Assembly (NCBI GenBank): GCA_963741565.1
Contig: CAVUIK010000014.1
Span: forward strand, 10,550-74,549
Direction: 5' to 3'
Origin: an uncultured Alphaproteobacteria bacterium
GTDB taxonomy: Bacteria; Pseudomonadota; Alphaproteobacteria; Rhizobiales; Hyphomicrobiaceae
Length of the DNA: 64,000 nt
This document shows positions 57,298 to 64,000 of this stretch, in pieces. The translations under genes were made by a program, and so were the position numbers. The notes beneath the pieces were generated by a model. The model ran no database searches, was not told the DNA's origin, and worked only from the letters and a program-made list of their open reading frames with translations. The number at the start of each line of letters is the position of its first letter. Positions within the stretch are counted from its first letter, which is position 1.

Positions 57298-58026
57298 ATA
57301 AATCACGCTGTTTTCGAGAGGAATTCTCTGATTCTTCTGATCGGGATTCTTGTCGTCGTATCGATCGGCGGAATGGTGCAGATCGCCCCGCTGTTCTGGG
57401 TCGATAGTACCATCGAAAAGGTCAGAGGCATGCGGCCCTACACGCCACTCGAGCAGGCTGGCCGCGACATTTACGTGCGTGAAGGCTGCTACGGTTGCCA
57501 CAGCCAAATGATCCGAACGCTGCGCGACGAGGTCGAGCGCTACGGGCACTACAGTCTTGCCGCCGAAAGCATGTACGACCATCCCTTTCAATGGGGCTCG
57601 AAGCGCACGGGACCAGATTTGGCGCGCGTCGGTGGCAAGTATTCAGATCAATGGCAGGCTGATCACATCGTCAATCCACGTGCGCTCGTGCCGGAAAGCA
57701 TCATGCCAGGCTATCCTTGGATGGCCAATACACCTCTCAGAACGGATGACATTGCGGCAAAGCTCAAGACGCTCCGCATGGTCGGTGTGCCTTATAGCGA
57801 CGAAATGATCGCAAAGGTCCAGGCCGATCTGAAAGCCCAACTTGATCCGGACAGTCGTGCAGCCCGTGAACTTTTGGGGCGTTACCCCAAGGCAAAAGTG
57901 CTGCGTTACGACCGGTCGGCGGCAGTCGGGCCGACCGAACTCGATGCACTGATCGCCTACCTTCAGATCCTCGGCCAGATGGTGGACTTCGCCACCTTCG
58001 ATGCGGTCGGGCCGAACCTGCGCTGA
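57298..58026 (+). CDS. ccoO: cbb3-type oxidase subunit II (monohaem); no canonical start codon for its conserved N-terminal TM helix
   Basis: The track ORF begins at ATG 57373 (MVQIAPLF...). The frame is open from 57283 and encodes [24 protein letters not shown], the conserved CcoO membrane anchor. There is no ATG, GTG or TTG in 57283-57372. ATA 57298 lies 8 nt after GGGAAG. Haem motif CYGCHSQ. Confidence 0.8.
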   Translation: MNHAVFERNSLILLIGILVVVSIGGMVQIAPLFWVDSTIEKVRGMRPYTPLEQAGRDIYVREGCYGCHSQMIRTLRDEVERYGHYSLAAESMYDHPFQWGSKRTGPDLARVGGKYSDQWQADHIVNPRALVPESIMPGYPWMANTPLRTDDIAAKLKTLRMVGVPYSDEMIAKVQADLKAQLDPDSRAARELLGRYPKAKVLRYDRSAAVGPTELDALIAYLQILGQMVDFATFDAVGPNLR

Positions 58027-58033
58027 GGCCACC

Positions 58034-58222
58034 ATGACTTACACGACCATCGCCACCATCAGTCAGGTAGCGTCCCTGTTGATGTTTATCGCCATGTTCG
58101 CGGCGGTACTCGCCTACGCCCTCCGGCCCGCAAACGGCAAGCGTTTCGACGATATTCAACGTCGCTCGCTTGATCTGGAGGGGATGGACACCAAAGCCGG
58201 GGGCGGCCATGAGCAAGCCTGA
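58034..58222 (+). CDS. ccoQ: cbb3-type oxidase small subunit
   Basis: ATG 58034. 62 aa with a single TM segment (IATISQVASLLMFIAMFAAVLAYAL). It sits between ccoO and ccoP. Confidence 0.75.
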   Translation: MTYTTIATISQVASLLMFIAMFAAVLAYALRPANGKRFDDIQRRSLDLEGMDTKAGGGHEQA

Positions 58223-59075
58223 GATTGATGACGTCACCGGCGTCGCGACGACGGGACACGAATGGGACGGCATCAAGGAATTGAACAAGCCGTTGCCGCG
58301 GTGGTGGCTCCTGACATTTTACGCCTGCATTGTGTGGGCCGTCGGGTACATGATTGCCTATCCCACTTGGCCTACAATCGCCGGTTACACCAAAGGCGTG
58401 CTCGGCTATAGCCAACGTGAGGCCGTGGCGAAAGAGATCGCCGACGCGAGCCGTGCCCAGGCCGGCATGCGTGAGCAGCTGGCGAAGACGCCGTTTATCG
58501 AGATCAAAGCCAATTCAGAGTTGTTGCGCTTTGCGATGGCCGGCGGTCTGGTCGCATTCCAGGCCAACTGCGCGCCCTGTCACGGACGTGGCGCGCAGGG
58601 GTTTGTCGGCTATCCAAACCTCAACGACGACGACTGGATCTGGGGTGGCGCGGTCGACCAAATCCACAAAACAATCTTGTACGGTGTCCGCTCGGAACAC
58701 AAGGATACGCGCAACAGCCAGATGCCGCGCTACGGCATCGACAAGCTGTTGACCGACGCACAAATCAACGACGCCGCCGAATACATACTCTCAATCTCTG
58801 GCCGGGCAGCAGACACTGCAGCCGTCACGCGCGGAGCCGCGGTATTTAAAGAGCAGTGCGCTCTCTGCCATAGCGACGAGGGCCGGGGCAAGATTGAGCA
58901 GGGCGCGCCAAACCTGACTGACGGTATTTGGCTCTATGGCGGCGACAAAGCGGCCATTGTCGAGAGTATCCGCACCGGTCGCGGCGGTGCCATGCCGGCG
59001 TGGGCAGGGCGACTTGATCCGGTAACGCTCAAAGCGCTGGCGATTTACGTGCACAGCCTCGGTGGCGGCAAGTAG
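58209..59075 (+). CDS. ccoP: cbb3-type oxidase subunit III (dihaem)
   Basis: ATG 58209 overlaps ccoQ by 14 nt. N-terminal HEWDGIKELNKPLPRWW motif. Two haem motifs, CAPCH and CALCH. Confidence 0.9.
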   Translation: MSKPEIDDVTGVATTGHEWDGIKELNKPLPRWWLLTFYACIVWAVGYMIAYPTWPTIAGYTKGVLGYSQREAVAKEIADASRAQAGMREQLAKTPFIEIKANSELLRFAMAGGLVAFQANCAPCHGRGAQGFVGYPNLNDDDWIWGGAVDQIHKTILYGVRSEHKDTRNSQMPRYGIDKLLTDAQINDAAEYILSISGRAADTAAVTRGAAVFKEQCALCHSDEGRGKIEQGAPNLTDGIWLYGGDKAAIVESIRTGRGGAMPAWAGRLDPVTLKALAIYVHSLGGGK

Positions 59076-59173
59076 GAGGCCCCGGCTCAGGAGATACGCC
59101 ATGTGTTTCTGGCCATGCGCGACCGTCGCGATGCCGCAGAAAGTTGCCCTCGGCGCCTCTGCTATTGAACCGA

Positions 59174-59187
59174 CTGATTTGGATCAA
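59174..59187. promoter_or_regulatory. near-consensus FixK/FNR-type box CTGATTTGGATCAA (13/14) upstream of ccoG
   Basis: Read directly from the sequence. It lies in the 210-nt ccoP-ccoG spacer. Confidence 0.45.
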
Positions 59188-59285
59188 TTCACGTCCCCCG
59201 GGTCTCGACCAAGGTTACGCTCGGAGTTGCTGTGGTGGCAGATTAAGCGGGTTGCGGGAATGGCAAGCGATGGAAACCAAACACG

Positions 59286-60342
59286 GTGACGACCCTTCTC
59301 GATAGGCGCCGTGACCCCAAGGCCGAACCGGCATTGGGCACGACTATGCAGGATGTCGCGGCCGTCAACCGCGAGGCAACTCGTGCTCACTACGCCACCC
59401 GACAGAAAATCTATCCGAAGCTTGCACACGGCCGTTTCCGCCGGCTCAAGTGGGCTGTTATGGCAATCACTCTCGGCATCTATTACGTGCTGCCGTGGCT
59501 GCGCTGGAATCGCGGTCCTGATCTGCCTGATCAGGCCGTTCTGCTCGACATCGCCAACAATCGTTTCTTCGTTTTCTTCCTCGAGATCTGGCCGCAGGAA
59601 TTCTACTACGTTACTGGCCTGCTGGTTCTCGGGACTATGGCTTTGTTCCTCGCGACGTCCATGGCGGGCCGCGTTTGGTGCGGCTATACCTGCCCTCAAA
59701 CGGTCTGGACCGACTTAATGATCACCATCGAGCGGTTCTGGCAGGGGGACCGCAATCAACGCATCCGCCTCGATAAGGAGCCTTGGGGTCCGGCCAAGAT
59801 TTTCAAGAAAGTCATGACGCATCTCTCGTGGCTCGCCGTTGGTGTGCTCACAGGTGGCGCCCTCGTGTTCTACTTCCAAGACGCACCGACGTTGGCGCGA
59901 GGGTTGGCAACCGGCACGGCACCGGCCATTGCATACTTGTTTCTCGGCATCTTTTCGCTCACCACCTATGTCCTTGGCGGCATTGCGCGCGAGCAGGTGT
60001 GCACCTACATGTGCCCATGGCCGCGCATCCAAGGCGCCATGACGGATCGGCACACGCTGCTGGTCAGCTACAAGCCGGAGCGCGGCGAGCCACGCGGACC
60101 GGCCCGCAAAGGTGTGGACGGTCTGGTCGACTGGGCGAAACGCGGCGATTGCATCGATTGCAAGGCATGCGTCGTAGTCTGTCCGGCCGGTATCGATATT
60201 CGCGAGGGCTCGCAGCTCGAGTGCATCCAATGTGCGCTCTGCATCGACGCGTGCAACGAGATAATGGACAAGATAGGCCGTCCGCGCAACCTCATCGGCT
60301 ACGATACGGTCGCGAGACAGGAAGCGAAAATCGACGGCCGTT
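59286..60342 (+). CDS. ccoG: cbb3 oxidase accessory ferredoxin CcoG/FixG, C-terminally truncated at the ~60,340 junction
   Basis: Motifs CGYTCPQ, CTYMCPW, CIDCKACVVVCP and CIQCALCIDAC. Similarity ends near ...NLIGYDTVARQEAKIDG. The ORF tail to 60380 is unrelated, and roughly 130 or more C-terminal residues expected for FixG are missing. The start (GTG 59286 or ATG 59346) is uncertain. Confidence 0.75.
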
Positions 60343-61056
60343 CGAATCGGAGACCGCCACGATCCGGTACCCCATGCTGATGCGCGAGGATCGCGAACCA
60401 TGACCCAGCGTTGCCGTACCCCTCGACCGCGATGTTGATCTGCTCGCGCGTCCAGCCGCGATGGTGCGCGACACGGTCCAGGCAGAGGAGGCCGCCACGT
60501 CCCGTCGCCGAGTCACGTCCGAGCGAACCGCCCATCGCGATCGGCTTGCCGGTGATCACGCCGGGCGAGTCGCCGTGATCTTCGAGTACTCGTCGTACAT
60601 CCACGCCATCTCACGCGGTCCGGTGTTGACGTCGGGGGCGGGGATGTCTGGGTACGGACCGACGATCATGGCGATGGCCGCGAAGAACGCGCGGGACAGC
60701 CGCTCGATCTCGCCCTCCGATAGCTGCTTGGGGTCGACCTTCACGCCGCCCTTGCCGCCGCCGAACGGCACGTCGAGCAGCGCCGTCTTCCACGTCATCA
60801 GCGCGGCGAAGCAGCGGAACTCGTCGAGCGAAGCGTTCTGGTGGAACCGGAGACCGCCTTTGAACGGGCCGCGCGCGGCGTTGTACTGGATGCGCCAGCC
60901 CGGGTAGACGTTGAGCCTGCCATCGTCCATCGGAACGCGGACCTGCACGGCGACCTCCCGCCGCGGCGTCGAGAGCACCGTGCGCGTCGCGTCGTCCAGC
61001 CCCAGCCGGTCGGCGGCGCGATCGAAGAATCCCTGGACCGCCTCGAACATCTCCAT
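60343..61056 (-). pseudogene. gdhA: glutamate dehydrogenase, N-terminal ~240 codons only, with two frameshifts
   Basis: From ATG 61056 the sequence reads MEMFEAVQGFFDRAADRLGL...GGLRFH...DVPFGGGKGGV...WMYDEYSK. After a shift near 60578 it reads HGDSPGVITGKPIAMGGSLGR..ATGRG...AVEGYGNAG. After a shift in the CCCC run 60370-60373 it reads GYRIVAVSDSNG. Similarity stops at about 60343. Confidence 0.75.
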
Positions 61057-61176
61057 CGTCGGACCCCTTTCACGACGCGGTGCGTCAGGCGGGCAGGACC
61101 ATCGTAGACCCCTCCGGGTGCACGCCGGGAGGGGCCGAACGGCGGGTGGTGATAGCCCCGATGCTACGGTTGGCTC

Positions 61177-61626
61177 GTGCCCACCTGGCTGCTGATCCTC
61201 ACCGCGATCCTGCTCGGCCTGTTGATCTGGCGACTCGGCATCGGGATGCTCCGATCGATCACGAGCGGCGCCGGACGCGAGCGACCGGAGGTCGAGGACG
61301 TCGAGGAGCTCGAGGTCTTCCTGGTGTGCGGCGAATGCGGGACCGAGTTCCGCGTCACGCGCCTGGGTGAGCTCCAGATCCCGCGCCACTGCGGGGAGCC
61401 CATGCTGGTGGTCCGTCGCCCGGCCGCAGGGCGATCGCGCGGTTTTCCACCGCTCCCGCACCGCTGTTCCACAGGTTATCCACACCCGTGGGGCGAAGGA
61501 GGCCGTTTCCTCACAGCTGTGGATATCGCTGTGGAAGGATCACATCCGTGTGATTCGTTGAAGGGATGGCGGTGCGACTCAGCGGATCATGGTGGTGCCG
61601 AGGAAGCCCACCCCGATCAGCCCTAG
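61177..61626 (+). CDS. small membrane-anchored zinc-ribbon-like hypothetical protein (3' end doubtful)
   Basis: GTG start. N-terminal TM segment WLLILTAILLGLLIW, then CGECGTEFRV...PRHCGEPM. The last ~55 codons run through a DnaA-box-like cluster and overlap crgA, so the true stop is probably earlier or lost to an indel. Confidence 0.35.
   Translation: MPTWLLILTAILLGLLIWRLGIGMLRSITSGAGRERPEVEDVEELEVFLVCGECGTEFRVTRLGELQIPRHCGEPMLVVRRPAAGRSRGFPPLPHRCSTGYPHPWGEGGRFLTAVDIAVEGSHPCDSLKGWRCDSADHGGAEEAHPDQP
61465..61538. promoter_or_regulatory. cluster of four DnaA-box-like 9-mers
   Basis: TGTTCCACA (61465-61473), perfect TTATCCACA (61476-61484), TGTGGATAT (61518-61526, reverse complement ATATCCACA) and TGTGGAAGG (61530-61538, reverse complement CCTTCCACA). 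The function is unverified. Confidence 0.3.
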
Positions 61627-61842
61627 GCCCACGAGCAGCGCGATCGGGCTCGTCTGGTTGTGCGTGAACGGCAGGATCCCCATGTAGTTCAGCACGATGA
61701 CGAGCACGCCGATCCCCATGAGCCCGAGCACGAGCGGCGAATACCACCGCGGGCTGGGCTTCTGGCGTTCCTTCTTCGGTGTGGGGCCGAGCTGGTAGCG
61801 CCGTTTGGCGTTGCTCTGGTTCCGAGAGCGGGACTTCGGCAT
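61579..61842 (-). CDS. crgA: actinobacterial cell-division membrane protein CrgA
   Basis: 87 aa. MPKSRSR... basic N-terminus followed by two TM segments (WYSPLVLGLMGIGVLVIVLNYMG; IALLVGLGLIGVGFLGTTMI), matching CrgA architecture. Confidence 0.7.
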   Translation of the reverse strand: MPKSRSRNQSNAKRRYQLGPTPKKERQKPSPRWYSPLVLGLMGIGVLVIVLNYMGILPFTHNQTSPIALLVGLGLIGVGFLGTTMIR

Positions 61843-61852
61843 GGTGCCGATG

Positions 61853-64000
61853 TTACCCGGGGAGCAGGCGTAACGCGGCGACCGCGACGGCCTCGACCGC
61901 GGGGCGCGTGAACGGCAGGGGGTGCGTCTCTCCGGCGCTCCAGAGCGATGCTTGGTCGTTCCAGTGCGCCGACGCGGGGTTGCCCGAGACGCCGGCGGGG
62001 AGCACGCCGACCGACCGGTCCAGGTCGCCGAGGTCGTAGACGGCCCGCCAGGAGGCGATCACCGCGGCCGGGTATCCATCACGCCCGTCGAACCCGCCCT
62101 GCATGACGGTCTGTTCGTCGCCTCCGAGCTCGACGTCGACGGCGGTGAAAAGCGGTTCCAGCCCTGGGAGGGCGCCGAGGGGATGGACGAGCCGGAGCCG
62201 GTGCAGCGCGCCCCAGCGCCACGAAGGAAGGTCGTCGCCCAGGTGCTCGCGGAGGTCCCTGAGAGCATCCAAGAGCGCCGCGCGCAGCAGATCGTGGTCG
62301 AGCCAGTCGCGCGGTTCGCGCAGAAGGGCCGGCAACGCCTCGCACTGCCAGACCTCCCGCCAGGCGTGGTAGCGGCGGAAAAGCTCGTGGCCCAGACGTG
62401 GCTCCAGCACTGCGCGTGCTACCTGCCGCGACCAGGCGTTGTAGATCGCGGCCGCGGTGGAGTCCGCCGCCATGTCCCCGTCCCATAACCGCAAGACGTC
62501 GATCGCCCGGCGTTCATCGTCCGTGTGAGGCTCGACCTCGAGCAGCATCGGAAGCGTCGTCCGGGCCGGGATCGACATCGTGTCCATCTGGATCGCCGCG
62601 GATGAGCCGACGTCGTGTGCCAGCACGTCGTCGAGGCGCTCGATGATCCGGCGGGCTCGGTACGAGGTGTGGAAATCGTGCCCGATCAGATGCGGGTAAT
62701 CGACGTCGTGGATCCGGTTGTTCGCCGTCACCAGGTAGCCGCGCTCGGGGTTGGTCGCCCACGGCAGCTCTGCGAACGGGACCCATCCGTCCCACTCGTG
62801 CTCGTCGGTCCACCCAGGGACGGGCGCGGTCCCATCTCCGCGGCGCCGAACCGGGTACCGGCCAGTGCACTGGTACCCGATCGTCCCGTCGATGTCCGCG
62901 TATACGAAGTTCTGGCCGGGACACTCGACGCCCCATGCCGCTCGCCGGAACTCCTCGAAGCTGCCGGCGGCGGCCGCCTCGAGCGCGAGGGACGGACGGA
63001 TGCCGCACTCGAGTCCGGTCCATCGCAGCGCGTAGGTCTCGGTCGGAGCGAGCGCCACGTACTCGGGGTCGCGCACTCCCTCCACGGCGGATTCCAGGAT
63101 GGGACCGTGTCGCGTCTCTCGGACGTCGACGACGATCGGTTCGGTGGACCCGCGGACGTGGATATCTTCGCGGTGGATCGTGGCGGTCCCAGGTACCGTC
63201 GTGCTCGGCGGCGCTGCCGTCCTCGTTCAGGCGTTCGACGTAAAGGTCTTGGACGTCACCCGTCACGTTGGTCACGCCCCATGCGTGGTGCGCTGTGGTT
63301 CCCAGCAGGATGCCCGGCGAGAACGTGAGCGCGACGCCGCGGCCTCGTACCCGGGCGCGCGCAGGTGATCTCGATCAGGCGCCCGGCTGTTGCGCGAGGA
63401 GGTGCGGGTCGTTCGCGAGAGGGGGCCACCGCTCTTCGTTCGCGAACCGGCGACCACCCAGTCGTTGGAACCCTGCGACTTCGGACGGGGCAGGTCGTCG
63501 AGGAGCCGTCCACCGAGCGAGCCGGTCGCTACGGACGGCGGATCGACCGGGAGTGGCGGGAGCAGCGTCTCGACCGCCTCGCGTCCCAAGCGTTCGGCGA
63601 TCGCGAGGCGGAGCAGCTCGGTGTCCCAGTTCCCCGAGAGTCCCCACGCGAGGAAGACGTACGCGGCGGCCCAGGCGCCCTCGTCGTCGATCGGCAGTGT
63701 CGGCGTGAGGTCGAGCAACGTGTACTCGACGGGCATCGCCGGTGTCGTCGCGATCCACGCGGCGACCCCTTCCCGGAACCGGGCATGCATCTCGTGCGAG
63801 GTGTCGTCCCAGTCCGCCGCGAGGCGGGCGCCGACGCGGTGGAAGCCGATCGTCCGTGCGAACCGGTCGTCGGGCACCGTGCGGTCGGCGAAGACCTCTG
63901 AGAGCCGGCCCGTGGCCGCTCGGAGCGCAAGGTCGATGTGGAACAGTCGTTCGCCGGCCGTCACGAATCCCTGCGTGAACCACAGGTCGGAGAGCGAGGT
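61853..64000 (-). pseudogene. penicillin-acylase (Ntn hydrolase S45) family gene, 5' end beyond the window, at least four frameshifts
   Basis: Segments lie in different frames. (1) ...DLWFTQGFVTAGERLFHIDLALRAATG...PKSQGSNDWVVAGSRTKSGGPL, ORF 63272..63964 and open to 64000. (2) LANDPHLLAQQPGA. (3) IEITCARPG. (4) TNVTGDVQDLYVERLNEDG. (5) The 410-aa body 61853..63085 (GVRDPEYVAL...VTANNRI...SGNPASAHWNDQ). Confidence 0.7.

Noticed and set aside
60556-61485. 309-aa minus-strand ORF suggesting a GDH with a 143-aa N-terminal extension.
   Set aside because: GDH similarity begins at the internal MEMFEAVQGFF (ATG 61056). The upstream part is Arg/Pro/Asp-rich and overlaps the plus-strand zinc-ribbon ORF.
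60300-64000. The actinobacterial-type segment interpreted as a horizontally acquired island in the alphaproteobacterial chromosome.
   Set aside because: Both genes at the joint are truncated mid-domain. There are no integrase, att or IS features. Sequence quality changes at the same point. An assembly or concatenation artefact is more parsimonious.

Overview
High-GC 64-kb window that appears to be two unrelated pieces joined at about nt 60,340. No rRNA and no CRISPR.

Piece 1 (nt 1 to ~60,340) looks like a chromosome segment of a Rhizobiales/Bradyrhizobiaceae-type alphaproteobacterium. It contains:
(i) a co-directional minus-strand sulfur-oxidation string: soxB, two LipS-type radical-SAM genes, a GATase1-like gene, hdrC1, a VOC gene, hdrB1, hdrA, hyp and hdrC2 (sHdr system, 1-10.3 kb);
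(ii) a divergent ThDP-enzyme/SDR pair and a protein built from 87-aa YD-like tandem repeats;
(iii) phnE/phnN gene scars;
(iv) an overlap-coupled sugar/amino-sugar ABC uptake and catabolism operon (15.8-23.1 kb);
(v) a decayed region around tRNA-Gly(CCC): low-GC orphan ORF, RHS scar, orphan HepT toxin, IS630-family element, and an autotransporter barrel with three in-frame stops;
(vi) an FNT channel, followed by frameshifted NQO-like and P1B-5 ATPase/hemerythrin pseudogenes;
(vii) BacA-like, MacAB-like, DevBCA-like and RND transport modules;
(viii) a stress cluster: P2-type ATPase, two small cytochromes c, an eRF1-like protein, a groEL scar, a Pcm-erythromycin-esterase fusion, cbpAM and a CBS-BON protein;
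(ix) ccoNOQP plus a truncated ccoG.

Five perfect and three near-perfect FixK/FNR-type boxes (TTGAY-N4-RTCAA) sit in intergenic promoters between 27 and 59 kb.

Piece 2 (~60,340 to 64,000) begins where the truncated ccoG abuts a truncated, convergent gdh. It is GC-richer, Actinobacteria-like (crgA, penicillin-acylase family, GDH) and full of frameshifts. A contig join or assembly chimera is the most likely explanation.
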